The notes beneath the pieces were generated by a model that ran no database searches, had not been told where the DNA came from, and worked only from the letters and a program-made list of their open reading frames with translations. Both the position numbers and the translations under genes were made by a program. Of a DNA stretch of 64,000 nt, positions 1 through 13,620 are shown one piece after another (positions within the stretch are counted from its first letter, which is position 1; every line of letters begins with the position of its first letter). This DNA is from the human T2T-CHM13v2.0 reference genome, Homo sapiens: assembly GCF_009914755.1 (NCBI RefSeq), contig NC_060925.1; one strand, given 5' to 3'.

Positions 1-261
1 ATGAATGAGCAAGCATCTAGGACAGAAATTCTCAAATTTTCTGATGTGCTTATATAATTTAATGTTACTTTGCTTTCAGACGTTCTGGTTTTACATTAGT
101 GACTTCCGCATGTATAATTCTTGTAATTCTATTCTCTCCTACCAAGATGATATGAGTAAATCATCACTGCATATATATTTTCTTTTTCCTGTCATGATGA
201 TAACTTAATCTGATCCATTCTTGTTCATTTTCACTCTTTGTTGGCAAATGAAACATCATTA

Positions 262-480
262 TTGCATGGGGTTAAGTGCATGGGCTTTGGGGTCAAACTG
301 GTCTGGATCATAATCCTGGATCTCTCAGTTACTAACTTTGTAAACATGGGCAAGTTACTTTATATAATCAGGCTTCAATTTTTTTAAACCTGCAAAATGA
401 AGACAATAAAAACATTTCACTGAGCTGTTCTGAGGGTTAATTGCATTAATGTAGTAAAGAGCACAATAACTATTATTGTT
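262..480 (+). mobile_element. MIR SINE
   Basis: ggttaagtgcatgggctttggggtcaaactg...gggcaagttactt...ctgcaaaatgaagacaataa follows the MIR core; boundaries approximate. Confidence 0.7.
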
Positions 481-949
481 GTATATGATAACATGACAAA
501 CTATTTTTGTGGCTCAATAAACTTGAGCTCTTCTGCCTGACACTGTCATAAATATCATAATCAATCTAAAAATAGTGTTCAAATAGTATTTGCCTTGTAT
601 TTTGCTAAGTATGGTGATTCTGCGCTCTAACCTGAAACAAAATGCCCATGAGATAAGAGTAATACAATTAACACAGCACATAATTCCTTATTAAATTATA
701 AGAGGACAGACTGAAAGAGTGGTAGAAATTCAGGAAAAAATGGAAAAATCAGCCAATCAGGGAAACTTCCTGGGGAAATTGGATCTTGTCTGAGCCAAAT
801 CTCAAATGTGTAAAGGGTTTGAATATAGTCATCAAACGTGAAGACCGTGGTATTCAGTGTCTTGTCTGCACTAGGCTTCACTTCTTACATGTGTGATTTC
901 ACTTAATCCTTAAAAGAACTCTGGGAAGTAAATAAAAAATTCTTTAATC

Positions 950-1095
950 ATTCCTTCATGTATTAATTCATTCGTCATATATTTATTCAGTACTTCCTCT
1001 GTACCAGACCTTGTTCTAGTTATTGGGGATATGCTGTGAACAAAACAAAGAAAAAGACTTCACAGGGAGCTTACATTCTAGTGGGATTGATAGCA
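950..1095 (-). mobile_element. L2 LINE 3' fragment
   Basis: attcattc...atatttattcagtacttcctctgtaccagaccttgttctag...gaacaaaacaaa...ggagcttacattctagtggg is a typical antisense L2 3' end. Confidence 0.65.
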
Positions 1096-3120
1096 AAGCA
1101 AAACCAAAAATGCTCCATATGGTATACTGCACAGTAATTTATTACACATTAGTTAATATTACATATTAAAAGTTGGAATATCCTTTGTAGAAAAGTAAAG
1201 TAAGGAATAAGGAAAGGAATCCTCAAGGAGGAGAAGTCATTTTAAACATGGTTCAGAGAAGGCCTCACTATTTTAGTAAGAAGCAATAATGTCTACAATT
1301 CAAAAGTTATGGTCAGAGAGCAAAGATACAAGACATGGAAGAAATATTTTTATAGTGGAAATTAACCTGGCCTAAATGAATCACTGGTGTGTGGAATGAA
1401 ACAGGAGAATGAGCCAAAGGCAAATGTTAGGCATTGAGTCTGGGTGACTGGGTGGTCTGGGTTCCTTTAACTGAGACATAGAGACCTGGAGTAGATTAGC
1501 ATTAATTTTATTTTGGAATCACTTTAGAATTCTGCACACACTGCAAGATAATTAGAAACACCCTAGGATATTACAACATATTACAGGCCAGAGCTGGAGT
1601 TACTGCTCAGAATAAATGTGTTGAGTTTCCCAAATGAGAAAACTGGGAATCATCATAGAAGGCTCCCTGTGCCTCGTCCACATCACCTTCCATGTTCCAC
1701 CAGGCTCCAAACCATTCCACCTCCTAAATATCCTGGAGGACATGATGGATATCCTCCCTCTTTGTGCCACTGAGGGCCAATTTGCACCATCCTGTTTCCC
1801 TGGTTCTGCATAACCCATCTCTTCTATCCTCAACTTTGTCTTATTGTCCTGCAAATACATTTTCAAAACACAAATCTTACGTAGGGTAAAAGGAACTGAG
1901 AGGAAGCAAACTATAGTTTATGGAACTTTTTCCAGTCATTCATGTCACAAATTCGCTGAACATGCACTATTTTGTTTAACCTTTATAGAGCCTTATAATG
2001 ATCCTTTAGGGAGGCTGTTATTTAGCCACATTTAAATAACACACCTATAGGCATTCACATTCATAAATGGCTGTGAATGAATGCATAAATGCATTTTTAG
2101 TTATTATATAGGCAGTTTTTACATATAATCCTTTCATGAAGTCATTTTCCTGAGAGTATGGGAATGTTCAAAGGGCTATCATGAAACGTTCTCAACCTGT
2201 GCAATTGGAGGGTCTTGAGCTCAAGGGGGATCCAGAGCTCAGCTCAACATTCACCAGACAGGGAAGTGACTTGGAAGGCACCAGCATTCTGAGGTTGGCC
2301 TTGTAAGGTAAGGTGTTCACTGGAAGTATAGGGAAGGTGGCAATAGCGACAGATAAACAAGAAGGCTGATGAGATGCCAGTGAAGATGTTATGGACCCGC
2401 AGAGCTGAAATACAGTTGCATCTGACACCAGTGCTTTGAAATTTTGGCTACTTGTATGCTCTTGGCTTTGCCTATACTATTTTTTAAGGATTTATGTAAA
2501 GTTTGTTGTTGGTTTTGCTTTTTGAATGTTAACCAGTTTCAACTGTGGTGAGTCAATGCAAAAAAAAAAAAAAAAAAAGTTTTTGGTTCAAGCCAGGGCC
2601 CCAGTTCTCACGAGGCTACAGGATATCTCCAGGAAAGACAGAAGGTTGAGTCTAAGTCTCCCAGGGACCTTGGGAATCACAGAGAGTGGTATCACCAAAA
2701 AAAAAAAAAAAAGCAGCACAGGATGAGGTCATGGTGACTACTTTACCGCAGGAGATTCTAGAGGAAATAACTTATTTAAAATGCCCAGTACATAAATTAT
2801 GTTTCAACATTTGGTAGCTGGAAAGATTCACTGAAGTGTTTGCTTACTGATTATTAACTAGTAAAATGAGGCTAATAAAGTTAAGTTACATGTAAGGGCA
2901 ATTTAAATGTAATCAAAATGGACATAAAGTATTTTTTAAATTATAATGTGTCAATGCAAAAATATGTTTTGATTCATAGTCTACACATTGTTTCATTTGG
3001 GTAAAATGTGATATACTCATAATGATTAGTGCACATGAATAGAGGGAAGTTCAGGCTGTTTATTATATACTCATACTTATAAAATGTTATACACTCACAA
3101 CTTATACTATACTTTAAGAG

Positions 3121-3237
3121 TATAATCAGATTTTATGGTATAAACATCAGTAAGTATTTGGTACTGATAATAAGTCAGAAAAATACTTAGAAATGCATAC
3201 AAACCCTTGACTATTGCCTCTGGTTAAATAAATAATA
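3121..3237 (+). repeat. ~118-bp dispersed direct repeat, copy 1 (partner 5412-5529)
   Basis: The first 25 nt tataatcagattttatggtataaac are identical; about 14 differences overall by eye. Confidence 0.9.
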
Positions 3238-3604
3238 ATGAATTCTAAAGTCAGACTAAAATACATTTTCCAACAACCAAAACCTATGGAAATAGTCCTA
3301 GAAGATTTTATAATAAGAGTATAAATGGAATGCTTACTTCATTAGAAGTCACTGTGTATGCTCTTTACTATGCGGTGAAATATGATTTGACATGGTATGG
3401 TCTTAGAAACTATTCATGAGTTTTTAGTTACTGATGTAAAATGCCTCATCTCACAGGTGAGGCTGACCTGCTAGCACTGGGACATGGAGGCTCAGGGAGA
3501 GTACAGCAGGGACTCACTAGGGGACTTTGGGATTCTCTCAATACCCCAGCATGCCAACTTCCCTGAGGAATCTTTAAAAAATATCCAAACCAGTCCTGAA
3601 ACTC

Positions 3605-3668
3605 GCCTATAACATTTTTTAAGGATTTATATAAAGTTTGTTATAAATCCTTAAAAAATATTATAGGC
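3605..3668. repeat. Inverted repeat, 27-bp arms and 10-nt loop
   Basis: gcctataacattttttaaggatttata (3605-3631) and tataaatccttaaaaaatattataggc (3642-3668); one mismatch. Confidence 0.92.
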
Positions 3669-3984
3669 AGTTTTTACCCAGTCTTAAAAACTATTTGGGA
3701 GGGACAGTATGTTTTTAGGCCAGCTCTATTTTATATGAAAATATATTGTTCAACTTTAAGCATAGGATTTGTATTTTTTTCATCCCCAAACCTGACTTGT
3801 GGCAGAACAAATGGGGGAGGAGGAAGAAATGAATGACTTAAATGATTTGTTTTATATACTTAAATGAATGATTTGTTTGATATACTACATTTAGACAAAC
3901 CCAGTGATTCACACTTGTATTTTCTCATGGTGATTATGCAAGTTAATTAAAAACCCAATGATATATAAATAAATTTGTACTTAC

Positions 3985-4161
3985 CAGAAATACTGCTATA
4001 GATATTCCAACCAGAAAGCCTGCTATAACATCTGACCAATGATTTCGATATTCTGCTACTCTGTTGAGTCCAGTAAGAAATGCCAAACACATTAAGCCCA
4101 AGCATAGAACTGGCTTAGCAAGTCTGGTTCCCTTGGCTTTGATTGTGTTGGTGATGTACAT
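3985..4161 (-). CDS. PLPPR5: PLPPR5 coding exon (probable exon 4), 177 nt, 59 aa: MYITNTIKAKGTRLAKPVLCLGLMCLAFLTGLNRVAEYRNHWSDVIAGFLVGISIAVFL
   Basis: Inside ORF 3943..4170. Acceptor ttttttttattgaatgtttcag|ATG, donor CTG|gtaagt. Two hydrophobic segments flank the degenerate PAP2 C3 motif NRVAEYRNHWSD. Phase 0-0. Confidence 0.96.
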
Positions 4162-4806
4162 CTGAAACATTCAATAAAAAAAATGACTTTTCATGAAGGT
4201 ATTTCCTTTATTAGCATAGCATATTATGTGTATGTACAAACATATATTTATAGACATATATACGCCTGTATGATTCAAATCATTAACTGGAGTTTATGAA
4301 GTTTTTGAAATCAGTTTCTTAAAAGCAGAATTCAAGAGTAGCAATTATTTTGTTTTACTTACCTCGTATGGCAATCTCTTACAAATGGCCAATTCTTAGC
4401 ATAACATTCTTAATCATCTAGAAACACCAAGCACAGATAGTCCAACTGTCTTTTTTTCTTTTTATTCTTACTGTATCCATTCTTGTTTTATCTGAATTTT
4501 CATTTTAGATCAACCTCAACAATATTATTAGCAGGGGGAAGCTGTTGAAGTGTTTAAGTGTTTTTAATGTTTCCATTTGTGTATGCCATATTTAGAGGAC
4601 ACATACTTGATAAAAACCAGCATTATGAATACAGCTAGAAAAAATAAAGTGGAATAGATTTCTACCAAACAGATGTTACTTTGAAGGAAGACTTTAAGAT
4701 TCAATGCAATGCCGAGGTTGCTTTCATGTTGTTAAATGAAATTGTGAAATTACTTTGTTTAACTACATTTTATCAGCCAGAATTAGGACAATAAAACACT
4801 TAAGTA

Positions 4807-5174
<368 letters not shown>

Positions 5175-5411
5175 CTACATTTCTGGCATCTGGACTTATG
5201 CTAATGAACATATGGTGTCAATTGATTGCAGCAAATGAAATGTCATGAGCCACTACGCTCAAGAATAATTTGGTCCTTCCCCCATCTAATGTATTCTATA
5301 GCTCAACTGCTCATAAGTTTATGTATTATTTTATAAGCAAATTTGTTGACTGTATTCAATTATTATTTCAAGTCATGAGTAGAGCAATTGTAAAAGAAAT
5401 GACTTTGATAA

Positions 5412-5529
5412 TATAATCAGATTTTATGGTATAAACGTCAATAAGTATCTGGTATTGATAATATACTCAGAAAAATTCTTAGAAATGCATATATACCATT
5501 AACTATTGTCCCTGGTTAAATAAACAATA
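5412..5529 (+). repeat. ~118-bp dispersed direct repeat, copy 2 (partner 3121-3237)
   Basis: Direct alignment to 3121-3237. Confidence 0.9.
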
Positions 5530-6224
5530 CATCTGCCTAAGAGAGTAAACCAAAATGAAAATTTAAGTTTTTAGTTCATACCTGCCATTTTAGAACACTA
5601 TGAAATCCAGTAATTATCTTCTCTATTTTTTTTTTTCTGGGCAGTTTGCAGCCCTTGTAGCTGCCAAAAGGGGCTGTATAAATATGTAAGCAGTCCAAGT
5701 GATACAAGGCATCTCTCTAGCCAAGTTCTAGCCTTTTACAATCCATCCCAGGTCTCAATACTCTGGGGCAGGGGGAGCTGAACTGTCTCCATCTTGGCCT
5801 GTGACCTTCGGAGCTGGGTCTGTGTGTCTAAGACTGTGCTTGGAAAAGCTTGATAATTTCAGTTATGGAGGGTAAGTATACATGAGAGGGGAACAGGAAG
5901 AGATGAGAAAGAGAAAACGATGCTTTTGCCATTCTGAGAGAATGTGTTAAAGAGTTCTGCCCACATGAATAACAAGGCCAGGCTATCACATCACTTCAGG
6001 TTTCAGTGATGCAGCTAATTGAGTAACTCCTTGTATGACGAGTGCGTATGAATAGACAGGGAAATTCAGGCTTCTTGTGAGGTTTTCTTTAACACAGCTA
6101 TAAGGCTGGTTAATTATTTCTTACTTTTGCATTTCTTTACATCTGTTAACACTCAAGATATTCTGTCCTCATTGAGACAAAATAAATGTGGGATGATAAT
6201 TGAATAATACTAATACTGCTAGTA

Positions 6225-6420
6225 TCAATTATAGCTACCATTTAATGAGTGATTGCTCTTCACGGCAATGTTCTAAGCATTTTATTAACAAATTACTTAT
6301 TCAATCTTCAAAACAATCATTGAAGTTAGGTATCACTGTTACCTCCATTTTATAGGTTAAAAACTGAATCAAGATAAAGCTTATTATGAAGAGTACACAA
6401 TTTGATGATTGTGGTGGCAC
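6225..6420 (-). mobile_element. MIR SINE
   Basis: atagctaccatttaatgagtg...aatcttcaaaacaatc...ccattttataggttaaaaaactgaatc matches antisense MIR. Confidence 0.65.
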
Positions 6421-6986
6421 TGTCGAGAAAAGACAGGCGTAAATGGAAAGTAGAGGGAAGGCACTTAGGTATCTCCTAATCTTCCTTTCTTTTTCATTGA
6501 TTTCTTGCCTGGAGGAAATGGCCAATGAGCATAAGTTGAGTACCAGTGAATGCAAGACAGTCAGAAACTAAAGACAGGAGAAAGGAGGCCACCACAGAAT
6601 CATAGGAGTAAGGCTACATCTATGCTCTGCTATTAGGGGGAAGTGGGAAATAGTGTGTGGTCCTTGTGCAAAATACCCTACAGAATCTATACGGCTTCAG
6701 AAAAAATTTGCCTTTCCCTCACCCCCGAAGGCCATCTCAGATACAGTCCAGCCCTTACTTGTCCAAGTTGTATGAGACCATAGTAAAATGTGGGCTTGGG
6801 CTACATCCCTGTGAAGTTTCTCTTGAATGTCGAGTTGATCGTTAAATTGCCCTAATGACTCAAGCAAGGTTCATAAGGAGCCCATAGACAGTCTAGCCAC
6901 AATGCAAACTCATGAAAAAGCTTCTATTTTAGGAATAGCCTGGTATTTGGCTTTTCCCTCCATCAGAGTGGAGAGTGGACAGTGGC

Positions 6987-7021
6987 TGAATTTCAAGGGT
7001 TATGTGAATTTCAAGGGTTAT
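6987..7021. repeat. 18-bp-period tandem duplication
   Basis: tgaatttcaagggttat occurs twice. Confidence 0.85.
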
Positions 7022-8547
7022 ATATTTAACTTTAAAGTAGATCATAGCAGTGCTTTATAATGCACAAATTTTTCTGCAGAATAATCAGTTGGCATGGATG
7101 TTACAAAAGAAAAAATAAGAGAGCTTTCACTTGTACTCAGCAACTCTTCAGTACTTTATGAACATAAGTGCCTTTTTAGCCAGTCTAATTGTGTTATCCT
7201 TACATAAAGTCTATTATTCTTAATTTGCAGAAAAGGAAATTATGGCATAATAATCTATTAAGCATGTTGGATACAGAACAGGAATTGATTATTTATGCTC
7301 TCTTGGTTTTTAATTCACTTATGAAACCATCTAGGTTAACCAGATGTCAAAATGTAGCTAAAATAAAATACAAACAGCAGGGTGTGTGATTTGAGCAGGA
7401 TGGTATTCACTCAGTCCTCTAGGGTCAGTAGATGCTCACTATCTCGCAGGCCAATCCATTTAATCATTATTAGCAGAGCTTATTCACCCATTCCACAAAT
7501 ATCCATTAGCACTAAGATGCAGAAAGCCAAAGCTGATCATTTGCTCCCTGTTAAGAGCCTGGTGTATATTCTTCTACACTTTTTCTCTTTGCTTATACAA
7601 ATATATACAATAATTAACACACATATAAAAAGGTTTTGCTTACTTGTTTGCTTTTACTAAAATATAATCATAATGTCCTATTAGTCTGTAATATGCATTG
7701 ACTCACTTGTTATAATATACATCCTTTTTTGTGTAAATTGAGAAAACACTGAACTATTATTAATAATAAAACAATGCTATTACAAAAATAAATGGAAATA
7801 AAAAAACACAAATATTTATTAAGCACCTACTATGCATCAGAGGCTGTGCTAGGTTTCTTCAAAGAGGAGGCATCTATGGTTAGATCCTGAAGAATGAGCA
7901 TGAGAGTTCCAGGCAAAAGGGAAATGGTGGGGGAAAGGTGTCCTAGACAACATACACAATCCTTCTGTGTGTTCTCAAAGCACCTTGTTCCTCATCTGAG
8001 AACCCTGGCCACAATGTATGGTTATAATTTATTTTCATTGTTTCCTTCACTAGAGTGAGGACATAGAAGCCAAGTCTAGGCTATTCATTGTGGCCTAGCT
8101 TTTGGAGAACCTTTTTCTTTCTCTTGTTTTCATGCTTCTTTCACCCTTTTCTTATGCTATTTAGCCCTAAAGACATCCACTAATTGTTTATTTGCAGATG
8201 ATTATACGTATTCTTTTACTGTTCGCCTCTTTTCTACAGATCAAACAGCCTCAATTCCCCTCAGTATGGGAATAACTCAGTGGCCAGATCCCTCAGCACT
8301 CTGCACACTCTAGTGCTTTTGACATCTGTTAGTACTTCCCTCAAAGAGTACAGCCCAAAATTAAGCAAACCGGTGCCCACTACAACTGACCAGCCCAGAG
8401 TGCAGTTGAGATTTTTCCAGATTGCACCCTATAGTCTTAACTCATTGATTTGTATCTCATAGTCAAGTTAGGATTGGATTATCTTTAAACCGATTTCCAG
8501 ATTTTGATGACTTTGATTAATGCAATCTAACAGGGCACTAGGTTTGA

Positions 8548-8550
<3 letters not shown>

Positions 8551-8598
<48 letters not shown>
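8551..8598. repeat. (GT)24 microsatellite
   Basis: Perfect dinucleotide run. Confidence 0.98.
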
Positions 8599-8601
<3 letters not shown>

Positions 8602-10199
8602 AATAACTTCATAGCATTATTGGTCAAACTGTGTTTGTGGTCCACTGAATCTTCCATGACTTCTTCACATGAACTGATGCCTTATCAAGTTCCCCTTACC
8701 CTGGGCTCCTGAAATTGTTCAAAAAGTCAAATTTATTATTGTTTTCAAAAAATATTTTACCCTGTCAACACCATTTTGAACTTTTATGCTGGCATCTATC
8801 ATATTATATTAGTTATCTTTCTCCCAGATTCTAGTTAGCTACACACAGATCACTAATAACAAGACAGCATCAAGGACAGAGCCTCATGGCACTTTGCCCG
8901 AGATCTGTTTACAAACTGCTACTGACATTTTTCGTATAAAATTTTTATTTAAAAAATGGGGCATTCGTTTGTTAAGCCAACCGTGTAATGTCCTGAAAGT
9001 TTTATTTATGTACCTAGACTTGATATTCTTGATTCACTGATAAATTTGCCAAAGAGCAATGTAAAGGTGTCTGATGGGGTGTGTAACAAAATTGTGATGC
9101 AATGGTGGAAAGACCATGGACTTTGCCAGACAGACCTGTGTTCACTTAATTCAGACCTGTGATGGGGGCCAGGGTTGGTAATGGTGGTACAATAAGCAGT
9201 GGGATATTGAAGTCATAAATTTTCTATACGGTGTTATAATCTAGATTGTATAAAACATGCAGTAACTCTAGTTTCCATAACTGATCAAAACTTCATCATA
9301 AGCACCCATCTTTCACTGAATAGAAATGGGATGGGAGGAATTCTGAATAAATGCTTAGTTGTTCTCAGTTTCTCACCATTCTCTCTTCTGGAAAAACAAC
9401 AGTGGGGTCTAGTTGGAGGCCTGCAAGACCTCAAGGTCAAGGTGGGGAGGCAACCCACCAGCCTTCACTGGCCTCCACTGCCAGGTGTGTATCCCACTGC
9501 TTCATTGGTGCCCTACTGACAACCACTGCTAACGTCCTTGTGGCCCCATACTGACTTGGTCCATCTAGGCTCACAGGAAGTAAAGATCCTTTTGTCTCCA
9601 GCACACCTTCCTTATAGCCCCAGGTGGGCTGCCTGCCCTCCCAAGCTCTGCTGCAAGGTCCCTGGGCTCCCACTGTCTTCTCTGCAGCCTGACTTACCTG
9701 CTGCAGGTGTACTAAGAGAAATTGTTCTCCCAGTTTCAAGCCAGAAATGAAGTACAAGCCCTTCTACTTTCTGTTATCTCCACAACCTCTCTGGAGTTTC
9801 TGTTATCCAGTGATCAACTGCCTTCTTTGGGTTTCTGACGTAAGGGTGCTCACCTACATGGACACATTTGCCATTCAGCCCTTCCCTCTCCTCCAACCCT
9901 CCACTTCTTAGGACAGGAAGTACTTCCTTCCCTTCCCCTAGGTTGGTGGTATCACCCTTTATAATTTGTGTTTTCTCTATAAAATACTCAGATAATAAAA
10001 TATAATAATAAGACTTTCATTATATATAATTATAATTATATTTTATGCTCATAATAAAATATTCAGATATTCAAATTTTGCTTTTGATATGTAAAGCTGT
10101 GGTATTTGGAAATTCCTGTTCTCTCTTGACAAAGATAGCCTCATTTAACTACTGAAGCTAAACACTTCTTTTTCTTCTTATCTTGAGGTCTTTCTCTGA

Positions 10200-10706
10200 G
10201 GCACTGAACCAATGTGGTAGCCAGTAGCTACTGTAGCCATTAGCACTTGAAATATGATGAGGCCAACTATAGTACTAAATTTTCAATTTACTTGGTTTTA
10301 ATGAAAAGGATTTCAAAAATGGTACTCAACTAGATTATTAGAAAATGTTAATATATGTTTGAAACAAATTGGGCTTCACATCTACTTTTTACACTGTAAA
10401 TTTTATATCTAAATACAGAATAAGGATTTCAGATGAAAATTTAGTGTCTGAACTGAAATGTATTTTGCAAGTGTCAAACATACACTGGATTTAGAAAATT
10501 TTGAAAAAGAAAAATGCAAACTATCTTATTACTAACTTATATTGATACACGTTGAAATGGTAATAGTTTGGATACACTGGGTTAAACAAAATATTAAATA
10601 TTAATATCACCTTTTTTACTTTTAAAAAACTATTAGAAAGTTTTAAATCATATATATATATATATATATATATGGTTCACTTTCTATTTCTATTGAACAA
10701 TGCTGA
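10200..10706 (-). mobile_element. hAT-Charlie DNA transposon (Charlie1/MER33-like) with internal (TA)n at ~10650-10672
   Basis: Ends gtggtagccagtagct..agcacttgaaat and atttctattgaacaatgctg resemble Charlie1/MER33 termini. Confidence 0.7.
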
Positions 10707-11169
10707 CCTAGACAAGAGCATCATAATTTAAAGGGTACGCAAAATGATCAGTGAATATTCCAAAAAAGATTATACCCGCTTCAGCAGTTACTGCTACTTT
10801 ATTATTTTTATTTATTATATTGCTTCGAGTTGGGCACTGATCCTAAAACCATTTTCCAGGCTGCCTGAGCTGCGTTAGGCAACATTTACCTGCATATTTT
10901 TATCTACATTTATTTTTAAATATTTGTTAATATATTACCATGTCAAATGGTAAACAGTGCAATAAAATGATAATATCATGGAATTATTTAGGGTTTTCTA
11001 AGTTAAACTAATATATATATAGCCTATTTTTTCAGATTCTAATTATCATAATGGCTACTTTTTAAATATGTTACTTCATCAAAGTTAACCAGTTGTTTTG
11101 TATTTTATTGATACCTTTAGAGACTTAGGAGATTCCGTATTTAGTCAGTGTAAGCTTTGAGGAAAAGTT

Positions 11170-11340
11170 CAGCTTTAGGAATTTAACAGTCAGGGTTAAA
11201 AGTTCAGTCTACCACCAATTAGCTCTGTGACCTTACATAAATTACTGAACTTCTCTGACTCTTAGTTATATCACTTGTAAAATGAAAATAACTATGATAA
11301 TCTGTAGGATTTAGAATGGCAATCACATAAGAAGTGTAAG
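11170..11340 (+). mobile_element. MIR SINE
   Basis: tagctctgtgaccttacataaattactgaacttctctgactcttagtt...gtaaaatgaaaataa. Confidence 0.65.
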
Positions 11341-13384
11341 TTTCATTGCCGTCACATGGCACCATGAGAATTTTTGTTTGCTTTGTGATTAGAATAAATT
11401 AAATGGATTAAAACAATATATTTGGATTAAAACTATACATGTGTTAGGAGAAATAATGTATTCTAACTTATGGGCATGGGGATAAAGCTCCTTATTGTAT
11501 TTGAAAATCAAGAGTAAACATCCACTTTCTTTACAATATCCTTAATGGGTACCTAACAAAAGATTATGTCATTATGAACACAGAATTTATCCTGTAGCTG
11601 ATGTCCTTGAATGAAAAACACTAAGGAGTCACAAATGTGATGTAAGTAACAACAACCTCAGTGTTCAGGACCAGCTGGTACATGAAGTTAAGATCTGAAT
11701 ATGCTCAGTAACTCTGCTGCCCTCAGCACAAAGGCCGATTGATGGTTTGGTTATGAATAACAGCTCCTTCATCACAGACACATTTACCTAATCCCTAAAG
11801 TGCAGCCATGGCTGATATTACATGGAGACTATTTATCTCCAGTATGACTCCCCCCTGACCCAATAAATATACTGCACATATGGCACTTCATCCATCAGCT
11901 AGAAGAACAAATACACTTTTGCTTGACATTATCATCTATGAAATCAAGAACCACACATATTCACCACTTAACATTTGTTTTCCATACACCAGATAGAAAG
12001 TGAGATGATATTTACATAAAGATAGCTTGTGATACGAGCAAAAATAAATAAATAAATAAGCTGTGTAACATCTGAAGAATTATCTGCAAGCAAAATATAT
12101 TTGATTGCTATAATTCTATCCCATCATCTCCAAGATTTAAAATTCCCTGACTAGCAAGTAAGGAACTAAAATCAATATGTAAAAGACAAATCTGGAAATT
12201 TTAAATACTACAAAAATATGCACAAGACATTTGGGTGAATTGAAGGGTTAGATTTGGTATACCTTAAACAAAAATGAAGTAGAACCTGCAAAACTTAAAA
12301 TACATAAATAAAAAATTTAAGTTTACTGTCAGGGACAAGAAATTAATAGTATAACAATAAAAGCATATTTCAAGTATCTCTGAATAGTCCTTAAAGCTGT
12401 CTGAAGTACTTAAATCTTTAGGACTCAAAATATTTCTCAGGATTTCTTCAGATAAGGAGAGAAACTATAATTAATGATAATGTGATAATCTATATGTCTG
12501 ATCTTTGTATGATCTACTATGTACATAATATACATATATCATCTAGAACCAGAAAATTTTAAATATTAAGTCACAATTAGATTCTAGATTATGAGATACT
12601 GTTGAAATACTATCTTAAATTATATAATAACAGAAAAAGACTCATCATACCTTAGAAAGATAATATTGCAGCACATTATAGGTTTGTGATCAGCAACAAA
12701 ATACTTTATCAGCTCCACACTAATTTCAATACATATAACTAATATTAATGACAGTGTGACATTTCAAAGGATGTCCTAAAATTTAAGAGTGTGCTTATAA
12801 CGTATTTCTGACCTCATTTCTAACCCTCATTAGTGAGTAAGTAAAGGGCAGGGGAGAAATTTTCCAGGTTGGGTCCTCAGGAAGTGCTCTTCTTTCCCCC
12901 TCTCAAGGCTTGCGATTACCCTCCCCAACTCCTTTAATTTTCATTCAACCAAAAGCTTCCTACATCCATTCCCACTGAGTCCCCACCCAGCTTCCAACTC
13001 TCACTTTACACCCTTTCAAGAAGGAGGAAGGTGATGGGGATGAACCTCTGTGACCTCTCTTCTCCCACGCCTACCAGATTCTACCATTCACAACAAAAAC
13101 TTCGTTTAAGGCATGTTAAGTTATCAAAGGTGTCAAAACACATCTCTTTGCTTAGTGTCTGCTTGCACCTCAAATCACATCCTCAGCCTTAGTCTCAGCT
13201 GTTGGAGGAGCAGGATGACTCTTTCTCACTTTGCTACCCAGTATTCTGTTCATAATTATTATAAAAAGAGTTATTTTTAAATAAAAATATTTATCTTTTT
13301 CTCCCATGCTAGCTTATATGGGATAGGAATATCCTTTTCTCTTTGTAACCTCAGCGCCTGGTATGGTTCTTGGCTCACTCTCAG

Positions 13385-13620
13385 TAACAGCTAATCATAA
13401 TAAAATTTCATGAATGCTTACTATGTGTCAAGAACTGTGCTCGGTGCTTTACATGCACTCAATCAGGTAATCCAAACAATTCCATGACATTGGTACTCAA
13501 CAACAGAGGTAACTGAGACACAGAAAGGTTAAGTAACTTATCAATGGACTTAAGGCTAAAAGGTGATGAAGCTGGGATTCAAACTCAAGCAGTTCAGTTA
13601 CAGAGCCCATGCTCTAACAA
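13385..13620 (-). mobile_element. MIR SINE
   Basis: gaatgcttactatgtgtcaag...aactgagacacagaaaggttaagtaactt...ctgggattcaaactcaagcag. Confidence 0.75.

Noticed and set aside
2560-2712. Two poly(A) runs ~120 bp apart as a retrocopy tail
   Set aside because: No TSD or recognisable parent sequence.
8260-9060. Possible L3/CR1 fragments, and a possible LTR at ~9380-9950
   Set aside because: Resemblance is too weak to assign family or boundaries without a profile search.
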